DNA of 64,000 bases from Iphione sp. A-MEVVRFRX5 (lineage: Eukaryota): NCBI GenBank assembly GCA_976226885.1, contig OZ320313.1, positions 52,700,001 to 52,764,000 of the forward strand. The letters are read 5' to 3'. Made by a program: the position numbers and the translations under genes. Positions 38,438 to 51,500 of the stretch are shown here, in pieces. Positions within the stretch are counted from its first letter, which is position 1; each line of letters starts with the position of its first letter. The notes below the pieces were generated by a model. The model did no database searches. It saw only the letters and a list, made by a program, of their open reading frames with translations, and was not told the origin of the DNA.

Positions 38438-41400
38438 ACACAAGTCCATATAAAGTACCGGTACGTGCCTGCATGCCCATCTAGACGGCGTCCGTCCTTC
38501 ATTCCCTCTAGGACAGCCAATTTTGGACGTTTATGATCTAGACCAGACCACGGACGCACAACCAGTGTTGCCATGACCCCGTTGCCCAGTCGATGCTCAC
38601 CTACCTCAGTCTCCAAAGCAGTGGATACTTCAAAAAAGCAATCGAATCCAGAAAAAGTAGCCTTATAGGAAAAAAGCGGGCTAATTTGGGGATTACATAT
38701 AAATAATAAGCTGACCGTTAAAGGAATAACGACGTAGTACACGAAACAATCCTGCTCGGTTACTTTCTAGACATTTAGCTCGGCCAGAAATTAAGATTAG
38801 ATGACATGTCTATATCCTGCGGCTATGGGGAGGTCAGCCTGCGGCCCATGGTTCGCACTTAAACTGACCCTATCATGCGAGGTGTCGTTTTAGTTTAATA
38901 TTTGATAGAGAATTGGCACCTAGCCGGCACCCTCGAAGCTATTATAGCCTCCGTCTAGATCCAGCAGACATGATGACTAAGTAGCGTTTGTCGAGAGTAT
39001 TGTACTCGATTCACAGAATGTACTCCCGCGAATTAATTGCCTACGCACTGGCATAGGATGTTGCACATTTACTTCCGATGGACGAAGGAGAGAATGACGA
39101 TCGGATACACGGGAATCCATCTTTTTACTTGTAAATGTAAAAATATGAAAACCTTTCAAAACATTCCGATGTATTATCCTTAAATATTGACATTGAGCCA
39201 AAATAATTAATGAACTTCATCGAGACCTCATCATTCGTTATAAATAATAGCTTAAAGTACTGTAAATAATCCCAAGTTTTATTGTGTTTGACAAACAATG
39301 GACAGCAACGGACGTGGCCATAGGAGACCGAGCGTAAAATAAGCCATCGAACTGAGGATGCTACGTAGCTATATGACCTTCTTGACCTTCTAAAACCGAC
39401 TCTCTCAGACTGACCTCTTGAAACCGGAAGGATAAAGCACGCATGCCCGCGCGGTTGCCGTGGAAACACATTCCCCGTGCCTCTGGGAATGCTAAGAAGA
39501 TTATATACAAGCTAATTGATCTAAGCTGGCACCATCAACGTTGTATTATCAACACAATAGCAAGCAGTATGAAATCCTTTGGCTGTCTTTTAAGCTTATC
39601 TTACCTGCGTAGCATTCATTAAAAACTATGAAGTGGTTCAGTCGGTGTGCTTATGCTAATGGCCCGGTAGGAGGATATTATAGAACACTGAAGACTACTT
39701 GGTACTTTGATGTTTAGTCCATGCATATTGACTACCTTCTGTGTTGTGAATAAGCAATCATTGTTGCTAAGAATTACTGAGTGAGTGCGGGTGGGATAGG
39801 GGCTTTTTGAATATCAAGTGAAATGCAAATGCCCTTCAGTTTCTTCGTTGTGAATAACAATTTGCATACGTTTTCAATGAGGAAATTGAGCACAATGCCA
39901 AAACATAATCGACCATAGAAGAAAGATTCTCGATAAAGAAGGAGAACATTGTCGGCTCATTTTTGTTATCCACCTGTCCCCCAAGGCTATTAGAAAAAGC
40001 AAGTGAAAATCTGCATTCAGCTGGATGAATTGTTCGCTTTCTTTATTTCTTGAAGGAGAGAAGCAGGGGGAAAATGTCAGATCACCTTTGCATTTCAGAT
40101 GAGGCTTTATTTCAGGAAGATATCCGAACAAAGGGGATGGATTCGTGCAAAGCTGGAAAATATGAAAATTTTGTCGAATACTTCAGACTCATCGCGAGTA
40201 AATGTTGTTTCAGTCGTCCAACGTGCAACAAAACCCTTCCTGAGCAAACTCGACCGATTATCACAAAAGATTAGTCCGTTAATACCCCAGATATCGTCGC
40301 CACAAAGCGCGGACTGTTTCAAACATCCCTCTCACCAAACCCTTTAAAGCGTCTGCTCCAGGGACTATTTTCTCTGCGGCGAGGATTATTCCGCGCCCCG
40401 TTTCCGGTGCAGAAAGATCTACTTTTGAGGCAGCGATTCGGGTGCTTGTAATGATGAGCGATTGCGAAGACTGGGTCAATAATTACCACATCGACCGCCG
40501 GGAGCGTGCACATCGGTGCTCGTTGAATAGACACATTGCTCTCGCCACGTGCGCTCTCTCTTCTCGTCTACTGTGTCCTCTCAGGCTCTTGTCCCTCTCT
40601 CGTACCCACGAGCTCTCTCGTCTGCTTCACGCTCTCGCACTCGCGGTCTCCAGTTCACTATATTTCTCTAGTCCTTTCCCATCTATGCGATAACCGCCAC
40701 CCCTCTCTGTCTCCATTTTTGCCTCAAACGCTACTCCGCTCCAATGAATGACTTGGGTTGTTTTGAAAAAAAAGTAGCAGACGTTTCTGCCACTCAGCTT
40801 CGCCTGGGCCCGAAGTACTACTTTACCTCTCAGCTGTGAGTCATGTTCAGTTGGTATAGCCGGCGCAACACAATAGGAAGAGCTACTCCCCGTTCGTCGA
40901 CGTTTCTCAAACAAATGCACGCTGAGAGGAGGGGCTCAGCTCGTTGAAGGCCCTCGAGGTAGGTCAACTGAGTAGGGGCACACATTCTACCGAGGCCGAC
41001 ACACAAAGACCAACCGCAAGTACCTTTTTTCAAATTGGTAGATCTCGAGTTTACGAAAAACACGATGGAAATGAAACCAGTAACAGTTCATTGCCATTGC
41101 AAAGATCTGCTAATAGCTTGATGGTGACATAAAAGGATAAGGATAACTGATAACCAGGTATTTTGTTTTTAATGCCTCAAAACAATACACCATGATTTTA
41201 TATCATCGTTCTTTTGGTAGATTCTTGAGAGACATTAATTCATTGTTATTTACAAAATTTCTTTTCTTTGCAATTAATACCGCGTGCGTTCAGCTGTAAA
41301 CGAGCTCAGCCAGACGGTCCATGCTGTAGCATAATGATGCTGGGTGAAAATCTAATTTCATTATCCCTAATTACAAATCGCACAAGCTAGGTCGGCCGAA

Positions 41401-44345
41401 TGAAAAATTAACTCTAATTCACTGCTGTCTGGTGGACGATTACAAAAAGACACTAACCCGTTAATAATCTGGAGAGATATGACACAACCACCCACACAAG
41501 AGGTGATAAGAAGGACTATGAAGAAAAAAACAGATACCCCGACCAAAAGCGGACAGATAGAAAAAAATCAATAATGTTCGGTATTGACTGAGTCTGATAG
41601 ATAAGGGGGTTCATCTTGGCACGTAGAAGTGTTGATGGCATCGGGCCTAATTGAATTCTTATCTAGGAATAACAGACAAGGCGCAGTCGGTCGGTTTGTT
41701 GGCTGCGGGCTGACATATCATCCAAGCGGCGGGCGGGGCGGTGTGATGGAAAGGGCCATGCCGCCCCCGTGCACGTATGTAACGGCCGACCCCCTGCCCT
41801 CAGGGGACGTGTGCGTATAGCGAAGCGCCCTGACGCCTCGGCCCTCGACGACCTGCCACTGACATGCTTACATACAAACTGTCTCACACAGCTGATCATG
41901 TATGACTATATGTCGTCACAACGATGGGATGGCAACTATGTACACAATGCCGAATAATTATGTGAATATAAATATATATATATATATCAGATATATTTAC
42001 ATGCATTAGGTGAAAGTACAGACAAACAAAAAGCCCGGGAACCAATATTCTAGACCAATTTCTGTATAATATAGCCTCGGAGCCATTCAGTCTGGGAAAT
42101 GAATTGAGGATGCACCTTCCGCGTCTATAATTGGTTAGGTAATGCTTGTACAAGAAGGCACAAAGAATTGCTTCCAAATCTGAAGTGGAGCAATTGTCTG
42201 TCATGATTGAAATCCACCACAGCATTATATACACAGGCAGTCTGATACACTGGACATGTGTTGTAGTATGTTGTGTCCTATCGCCAGGCGCGAGGACCCT
42301 TCCCCATTTGCCCCAGGGTTAATTGGATAGACAGTAAGTACAACAGTCTGTGTATATTCTATCACTGGTTCCGTCCAGCTAATTCCAAGAGACACCGTTG
42401 AACCCCGAGCAAGCCAACTGACTCTTTCAACATAACGGTTTGTTATGCTTTTAAAAAGTAAAGCAGTAGGTTCATCACAGATTACCCAATTGCATGAGGA
42501 ACGTGTAATTGGTTGTGATGAATCATACCGCCCTCATATTTCAGCGGGGACCAATTTGTCGCTACTCTTAAAATGAATTTCCCTCCCACGGTTATTGGCT
42601 TTCCTTAAATTAATAACTGCTTGGTGGTTCTTAGATTTCATGTTTTCAACTTTTCTGCAATGAACGCCTCCAAATCATGCTGATCTCACAGTATATAATT
42701 CATGATACACAGGTGTCCATAGATGTGTATAACAATATACGACCGTACGGAAAGTCCTAAGATGATCAGTGTTTACTTCATCGGGTAATAACGCTTGCTG
42801 TTTTAGTCAATGGATACCGTAATGAGTGTAACTCTCTATATTTCCTTACTTTGGGAGTATTCTTTTTATTCTGTGTCTTATATGTCATTGATCAATGCCT
42901 TGTTACCAATCAGTAAACCTCCGTACATAAATATGTATCCTTGTAGCATATCATTGAAATAAGTGTACTTTTCACCATTATATATCCTTATTGTCGACTG
43001 TAATGTTACATGACATCGGTTGTATTCCCTAGTGTATTGTGCCAGCACTGCCAGGCAGAGGCGACCAACACTCTTACAAATTGAAAATTCTGCAGCAGAA
43101 ACTGTATCGGCATCCTTGGTATCCAGGGTAGGCCTGAAGGGGAATAATCTACCAGCTGGTAGCTAAACTGTGTAACGTAGTACGTGCCACTGGCAAGTGC
43201 TAAGGAAGCAGACAATGCCAAACGACATCTCGTGACTAGTGGGGTTCTTTATAGGGTCTCTGTTAACCGTTAACCTCGAGCCTTACGTTTAAGTTAACGT
43301 CGCTGAAAGCAGCGTCTGGCACCAAATACATGTACCATACAGCATTCCCTTTTCTATGCTTTTCTATGCGATAGAAACCAATCCTAGCATAAATATTAAA
43401 GTTGTGGGGGCAGGTGCGGGAAATGCTTTGTTCCTTATTTTGAAATCTAGTGGCAAAGGAGCGGATCAGAAGGAGAATAGTTATACACGGGGTCACGACT
43501 AAGTTGCATGCTCAAATCGAATCTGAGAGGAGCCCCAGCAGGCACCGCGTCTTCTTGTACAGCAGTCATCATACCTGTATGTGAGCAACTGTATTCCGCA
43601 GGGGTTTCCTATACTCTAGACTCTTAGGATACTGTTGTAGAGGTTTTGCAGTCAATATAGATGTAAACAATGTATCTGGTGAACTGGAATTATATATACA
43701 AATTACATATGCATACTCAATAATCAGATTTCCTCAGTGGCCTGAGTGGCTACTGTTTTTTTACCTGAACCTTGATATAAACTACATTCTCCCTCAAAGT
43801 ACGAGTGTGAGAAAACAACAGAAGTATATAGGGCCAATAAAGTCTTACATGTAGATCACAGATTATTATTTGTATTATAGCATGCAGATCACGATAACTT
43901 ATTGGTCTTTGGACTCTGCATAGTTTAGAGAAAACCGTGAATTAGACAAAAGGTTTGATAATACACATATACAGATGCACTCCCTTTATCTTTTCAGTCC
44001 TAGTTTAATCGTCATTATGGTCTCCCTAACCTGACCAGAAATAAAGAGCAACCGATAAGCATTCGTGAGCAGCTCTGAATGTGAGCCGAAACATGCAAAG
44101 TGAAATCCGAGTTGCTGGGCAGGATGGACGCTTGGGTTATGACGGAGAATTCCCTGACATGGTGACGCAAGCCTGTACATCAAGGTCACTGTGCCAGATG
44201 AATATGAGAGGTTTGTCACAGGTTCGACTCTGAGGCGGACAGAAAAAGTTATCGTGGTGACACACAAGTTCTGAATTTGTCCGTCACGATTAGACACCAT
44301 GCCCTCTTGCCACTTGAAGGTTCATCTTGGTGGTTCCCCACTTAC

Positions 44346-44465
44346 CAGGTTTGCCCCTTTTGTTCCTGGCAGTTGCTAGGGCTGTGTCAGCCGCCATCCC
44401 CAGGCTCAGGGCGATACAATGGAATTCAAACCAGTTTACAGGTTGTGGTTGGCAAATTGAAACAC
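44346..44465 (-). CDS. Candidate 120-nt exon, possibly carrying a start codon (MAADTALATARNKRGKP, phase-1 donor)
   Basis: Acceptor tttttgcttctccccttcag|G, donor CTG|GTAAGT, length a multiple of 3, one open frame, internal gggATGG in good Kozak context. Product not recognised. Confidence 0.5.
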
Positions 44466-44670
44466 CTGAAGGGGAGAAGCAAAAACTGTAGTTACTCGGC
44501 CAGACGCAATCTAACACGCGTCGACGTGAAGGAAGGGTGGTGATTCTGGTGCTGATGGTTAGAGAAAGTGGGGGATAGGCTTTAAATAACAACAATATTA
44601 ACTTGGCGTGAGTCATGTGTTTTGGGAGTGTGCGGACGGGCAGAGGTAAGCCACACCTTTTGTTCCTCAC

Positions 44671-44742
44671 CTGGACAGTCACACACCTGCAGCAGCCACA
44701 CCACCTGAGCAGGTAACAGTGGCGGGCATGAATTATGTCCAG
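44671..44742 (-). other. Candidate 72-nt exon (likely 5'UTR) upstream of the 120-nt exon
   Basis: Acceptor ttaatttttttctgtgcgcacccttcttcgtgacag|C, donor CAG|GTGAGG, then a 205-nt intron to the next candidate exon. Contains a short uORF (MPATVTCSGGVAAAGV*). Confidence 0.4.
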
Positions 44743-46090
44743 CTGTCACGAAGAAGGGTGCGCACAGAAAAAAATTAATGAACTCTATCCAGGGTTTGGG
44801 GCTTAGGGCGACCTGGAATTTTCACTACTTGGAGTTCCTCCAACCCTATCTACTTCTGTTTGTTTTTCTGGTTTTCAAAAAACAATTTGTAATTGCTGTT
44901 GTTTTGTGTGTGATTGGGCCTATTCTTTCTGTGCTTCTGGGAATCAATAATATACTCTCTTTCCTATTAAGATTTCCTTTTGATATTCCTTCTAGTGTGT
45001 CTTCCACTTGTACCTGCCAAACTATCTTTTTTATTCCTTGTAAAGGTCCATCTACTTATCGAGCAACGTTCAACGCACGTAGCATGGGACACTAACCAAG
45101 AAGTATATAGAATTGGGAGTTTTGCCATAAGCACAAACCATGTACAGATGGACATGTGAAACTGTAAATGATTACATACAGAGGCACAGAGAGTGGTACT
45201 TTTCTATGAAAGATTATCTTAATCATACATGTGCACGCTTATATGGCGATGACCTTAGAATAGTTTAACCCCAGCTATAGAATTATGCGTTACTGGTACG
45301 AACGTGTGGCAAAAACTTAACATGCAGTCCCATCTGACGACAGGAACATGTAGCGTAACCTCCATTAGCAATATCAGGAGTGCTTAAAATGGCGTTAAAA
45401 TCAAATCTGAGGAAGAAAACATTCGAAGATTATCCTACTCACTTTCCTCATACTGATACTATACGAACAGAGATAGGTACACAGCTATTTTGTAAGTTTT
45501 ACCGATAGTGATTATTTGAAGCCATAGTAAAATGACACTGCCATCCACTGGAATAAGACAATGATTAATAAGAGTTATCAATTCTGATGCAAGCGCAAGT
45601 TGTGACCTCGAGTGGGCTTTTTGCTGGAGATTTATTTGAAAATTCTCAACACACACCAGCAATCATTTGGTGATTGGCCCACACAAAAGAAAGGGCTGCA
45701 CCATAACCCACGTGGGTCGCGTGCTGTTTGAGCCACAGTGGCCCGGCCGCAGGCCGTGTGATCTGTCCTATGGCTTTCTGTTGTCTAAGCGTGAATTATA
45801 CATATATCGAGCTGCCACAGTGTGTCACATTTCACACATGCAAACAGCTGTGCCTGGGACACTACTATACGAGCCCCAACTTGCCAACACACAGCAACCT
45901 CGCGCGATCCATCAATTTCCGACGCTGGTAGATAGGCGCCCGAGGAAAATGGATTTCCAAACCTGGCCGTCTTTGTGAACGAACCTGTGACCGACAGTGT
46001 AAATGTGGCCAGCTTTGCTTGTGGCGTCTCCGTCCAGACCCGGCCTCCCGCCTGACCATTGGGTGTGCAGAAAGTCAAACAGTATCTCAC

Positions 46091-46450
46091 CGCCTTTCGT
46101 CCGCCGATGCAAGGCCAATGTGCTCTGGGCGCCCTGTGTTAACGCATCGGCATCGAGTACGTATTTCCCCTTTTAGCGGCGGTGGGCTTGTTCTCCATGA
46201 TATTTGCCTCCACGTCCTGCTGGCCACAGTCAGTGAGGCCGGACTCGCGCGTGACTGTAACGGACCCCGTAGCTGTCCCGGCCGTCTCAAGGCGACACCC
46301 CAATGATTAATTCCTAGTAGACAACACAGACGGCCTGGCGCGGGAGAGGAGGCAACAAACAATGGCCTTGTATACCTATGCATCTGCAACTTCTCCTTTG
46401 CTTGCACTTCTTTTGGATGAAGCAACTGTTTTCTCTCTCTGTCGCTCCCA
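46091..46450 (-). promoter_or_regulatory. Possible alternative promoter / first exon ending at donor GCG|GTGAGA
   Basis: CpG-rich segment with a good minus-strand donor at 46091/46090, 1.3 kb upstream of the two candidate exons. The 5' boundary is a guess. Confidence 0.25.
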
Positions 46451-47899
46451 TCTGCACTCGCCTACTGAAATCTCCATGACCATGCACCGTCCCTTTTAGT
46501 ATCGTCCCTTACTTGAATCTACAAGACCTGTACTTTTATATTTAAAACTTTCCAAAGCAAACAAATATGTTTTTTCTCTCCTAATTTTTATCTCGACTTT
46601 TGCTTGATAATTATATTACTGGTGCATTGAATTATATCCATGAGACTTGCGAACTACGCATTTTTCTTTCGGAACCACATTTCCACAATCTTTGTGTATT
46701 AGGTTTGTATCCTTGTTCGTTTCCCCAAAAGTGTTTATCAACGCTCGTTCTAATGATTTCACAATAACAATAAGAAATTCTTAAAGTTACTTTCTATGGC
46801 TGCTTCTCCTGTATGCAGGATGGAAAAGGAACCAAATTCTTGAACAGAGCTATTTATGATCCTTCATTAAGAGATGATAATACAAGTACCTATTACGAGT
46901 TTCCGATATGAATGAGCCATTGTTCTCGTGTTATCTTTGAATAATAATGTTTGTTAACTCTTGTCTGATATCAGCGGCCCTTTCCCTTTTCTTTGGTGGG
47001 GTATTAGTGAAAGCGAAGAAACACTGCCTTTCACAAGCATTTAGAGACACGTGCTCAGCGGCCTAAGCAATATTCGTCATTTCTGAGAATTCCTGCTGAA
47101 TTTTCGGACTGAAAAGCCATCGTCTGCTGTACGTGAACGGTACGTATTGTGCGGCATTGTTTAATGCCATATATCTTCATTCAGCCGGCTGGCACCGAGG
47201 GAAGATCGGAGCGGTGCGTGGTTTTAGAGAGGGTTGAAGTGACCGAGGGAGGCGAAACAATGGGATGAATCAGTGCATCAGTGATATCATCGCGTTAGAG
47301 GGGACGGGCGGGCGGCGGACGGAGGGCTGACAGCTGGCCACCGGGCTCCTCATTAAGTCCCAGGGCGAGGGCCATCTTAACCCCGTAGGCACTAATGGCA
47401 TTCAGGGCCAAATTCCTGCGTGATCCACCAGGGTATCGACAACGTCTGGTCACAGGACCATGGACCCTGAGGTCCCACCCGTCCTTTCCAATCGTGCAGT
47501 CTATCACATCAACTTTATCCTTTGTGGTACTGTTGTCCTTACCCGACGCAGCTTTCCATGGAAAACATGTACACGTAAATAGCAAACGTTGGGCCGGCAG
47601 TTGTGACACGTTCAACGTAGTTTTACAATCCGTATAATTTTGTTAGTTATCGAGTTTGAATTGCCACGTCGAGGTCAGGTACAAGATTACATCTTAGGAT
47701 GAGCATGATCGAACATTTTGAATGCTTCCTGTTGGAGCTGACAGACGAGGCGCAGCATGCAGCATACATTTCGATGCATGCATTTTGAGAGGCCCTATGT
47801 AACAGAAACACCGAGGCATCTGTGTAATTTTTGTATCCAAGGGAGCCTAGGGGTAATCGTGGTCCTAATCTGTCTTTGATTGTTGTCTGGCGCGAAACG

Positions 47900-48080
47900 G
47901 ACAATGACGGATTAGCCTAGGGAGATGATACGCAGATTATCTGCGAGATTATTGTGGATTATTGTCGCCCATCTGTCCCCCCTGCCCAGGGGGTCCGTCG
48001 TCCCACACACACGCCGCGGTCTCCGGAGGATCACTGACGTTTGGCGGGAGGCGGCGCTGTCGTCCGTGTCAATTATCGGA
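47900..48080. promoter_or_regulatory. GATTA (TAATC, Otx/Pitx-type) cluster in a CpG-rich island
   Basis: GGATTA, AGATTA (within palindrome CGCAGAT-T-ATCTGCG, 47931-47945), AGATTA and GGATTA within about 55 bp. Confidence 0.4.
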
Positions 48081-48541
48081 GAGCGCAGCATCCAGATCCA
48101 CGCTGCAGTATTGTGACCTTATAATTATATCTACACGGAAACAGGGACTGTAATATTGTAAGCGGCAGAGAAAACCATGGTTAGATTCTGGTTTTAATTC
48201 AATACAGACCACCATGTGTAGACAATTTTGTTTTATTTATTAGAAACATAGCAATGGCGGGCAAGAAATGTGCACGTTCATAAACAGAGCCAAGCGAGTA
48301 CTTTAAACAGTAAGCCGAAAGACCTGTCTTCATTCGTAACATTAAACATGTAACACAGGCTTAAATTTACAAATATCTTTTCGGTGGAATAAAACTTTGC
48401 GACGAAAGCCGGAGTGCCATTAAGGTTAAAGCCGTTTCCTCGACCCCAGCAGGAGCAACCCCTTCAGGAGATTCATGCCGCAGCATAAAGCCTGAGAAAA
48501 AGAAACATAGTGCTTGTCCCTATTTCCGGTCAAGCTTAACC

Positions 48542-48558
48542 TGCCACGAGGGGGCGCC
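48542..48558 (+). promoter_or_regulatory. CTCF motif
   Basis: TGCCACGAGGGGGCGCC matches CCASYAGRKGGCRS at all but one position. Confidence 0.5.
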
Positions 48559-51500
48559 AGGGTAGGACGGAGCGGCGCGGGTGGAGGACCGTCGACCAGA
48601 GAGTTCTTTTCATGACGGCGTCCCATGTTTGATGTCAATACGGCTATTCGATAACGTCAACGTGTGCTGTAAACTAAGGGATGGCTGACCGATTGGAGGC
48701 CCGATACTCTAATTCACATCCAACTCCTGATTCAGCTCAGCCCACTCAGGGCTTGTTGAGAGACGAGGTAAAGCCTCGCTCCTCCCCCCAAAAAACTCTG
48801 GCAAATGAATTAATTTCTCATCACTCTTGGCATTTTTAAATTTGAAATCCTATTTTGTAAATGTGTTCTGTTGCCATCGGTGAGTGATTGCACAGCGTCC
48901 ATGCTGGCTCCTTTTAGTTACAATCACAAACACTTGGTTGAGTCTCATTGAATTTTAGGGTTCCCAGACACATGTTGTCAATTAGTGTAATAAATGAGTG
49001 TGAATAAAATAAACGAGGAAAACTGCTAGAAAATTAATGCATATCAAAGTGGTAGGTTCCCAAGCAATATTTGGAAAATGTGTTATACGATGAATGCAAA
49101 CTCTGAACTTAGTATTCAAGAGCAAACTAAGAAGGGAAACTAGATTTGAAAGGAACAAGCAAACGTCTTTTTTCAGAAAAGCATGCATATGTACACGTGT
49201 ACATATAGATGTAGAACAAATATGAAAACTTGTATTTATAAGAGTAAATATACAGACGAGTACCATTGTTGGCACGTACATTTAATGTGTTCCTAAAACT
49301 TTAAGACCAAAATATAACATGATATTTTTTGTATAAGATCAATTCTTTATCATTCATATCATCGATTATGTGCAATACTGGCTGGAGACCTATGTACATG
49401 TAAATGTATGTTTCACCCTTCAGTAATAAAATGAATACAAATACAAAAGTAATACCTCAGCACACCTCGAATGACTTGCTTCCTGTGAACGTAAAATTGA
49501 GTTCTGGTATTAAATTGTGGCAGAGTATAAATGTATTTGGTATGAACCCGTGTCTTACATTAATTCAACAGACATTAGCTTTGAAATATCATCTCTGTTG
49601 GGGTGCGGCTCTATGCGACCTTAGGATGGGAATACCACTTTAGCTTTATGTACTCCGTCGTATAAGGAGTGGAGTGTTGTGCGGTAGCAAAGTAACTAAT
49701 GATGAACACCGACACTTTTATGACTGTCATGAAAAATGGCGGATCAGTCGTGACATCATTAATTCTGACAATGGCGGTGCTCAACCTGATCATCTGAGCC
49801 AGTTTGTAAAGAAGACCTCCAACCCTTCCCCATCAAACTCGCAGCAGCAGAAGAAAAGTGTGTCACGAAGAGGAGTAGAACGTGGGCTGTAGACGCAGGG
49901 CTAGGGATTAGGGCGAGTTGTGATGAAGTCAAACAACACCTGCCCACTCGGTTATAAACAAGAGCAGTGAATGCATTACGCCAATGACATCGCTTGCTAG
50001 ACTTATGCAGTCAACCTGCAACGTGGCCCCTCAGTAAGAGACTTAATCTCCTCCAGTAGGGAAAGTGTTGAGCATTAGGCTCCTCTCGTCTCTAGAATGG
50101 CTGGTTCTTGAGCCATTTCACGACGTCCACCTGCATACAGATGAATACGAAGCCCACTGGGCCATATTTCGTATCATATGCCTGTAAGGAATACTTTCCT
50201 GTGTACAGTATAGTGTGATGCCTGAGGGGAAAACACACCATGAGTATGGAAATTAACGGAAAACCCAAAGATTACGATGTTTAAAAAGTCAGTGGCAACC
50301 GTCCATTAAAAAAGCGCGTGTGTGTTACATGATATGCGAGTTTTATTGTTGAAATAAGAGCACTGTGAGTATCGAGAGAGTAGATACTTGAAACTGAGGA
50401 GCGGTATTTCTTTTCTCTCTAGGCATGCTTGTTCTTTCCGATGGCCAACCTCTATTTGGGTTTCTGTTTATCGACCCCCCCCCGAAGGTCTTGCGTCTAC
50501 CTACGAATTATCCGTTCAACGATCCCGTTTGCATCAAGACTGGGCATCCATGTCCACCATAGGAATTGCCCGAACCACATTCTGCAGCATTGGACCTACA
50601 ATACGGCGCGAGCTCTTCAGACGGTCGCGGGGATTTGCGAGGTCACGTTATGAGAAAGGCGCTGCCTGGCGCCAGGAGATACGCCATGTCGGCGAGGCGA
50701 TTGAGGCCGAAGAAGCGCCTATTATGAGCCCCTGTGCTAGAGGCTGTGTCTGATCTATGATCCTTTCCGTTTAAAGGTACTGGACAGCGCAAAATTGGGG
50801 TGTAGAGGGTCCTGCAGACTCGCGTCATATGAGCCATTCAAAGGGGGAATGTAATAGAGTTTATACCTGCGTGTGGGTGTGTGTACGAGTGTGTGACAGT
50901 AATACAATTATATGTATATATAAAAGATTAGTGTCAGCGAGGTGTTTCAAAATAGAAGCGACGACACATGAAAGACGAATACAGTAACGCAGTAGGAACA
51001 TCTCCCAGGGGCCTGCAAACTGTCCCTGATAAGATGCCCTGTTACACCTAAACCGATTCCCCGGTCACCTAAATGGCGACCCACTATTGTGATCGGTCAA
51101 CCTTGGTGGCTGTAGTGGCTCGTGGCCGATTCATTTGGTGGCTCTCCTGAAGAGCATTAGAGAGAGTCGTCTTGTCAGGTCAGTATATGCCTGTGGCACC
51201 TCGAGGGGTCAGTAAGGCTTTTCACTGCCTTAGAGGTCCATATAGCCCAAGGCGGGGCCCTACTGGTATACATGTAGTGGCTTATGACCTTCCTGCATTG
51301 ACTACCAAACGAGGCCCATGTCATCATCCTCGGGGATCTTGGACAATTACTGCTCGGCCTGAGGCCCGGGGCACCAGATAGCTGTTTACAGTCGTGGTGG
51401 GCTACTTTGAGGGGACATGATGCGTCGGTGGAATATGTAGAAAAGAGAGTGTCCCAGCGCGCCTGGAATCCTGGGAAGTGGCCCAATTGTCCCCGATGGT

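Noticed and set aside
38601-38608. let-7 8mer site CTACCTCA
   Set aside because: Isolated seed match with no evidence of a plus-strand 3'UTR.
39599-39630. Minus-strand CAG|GTAAGA at 39605/39604
   Set aside because: Poor pyrimidine tract and no nearby second donor.
44221-44230. tRNA B-box-like GGTTCGACTC
   Set aside because: No A-box or cloverleaf.
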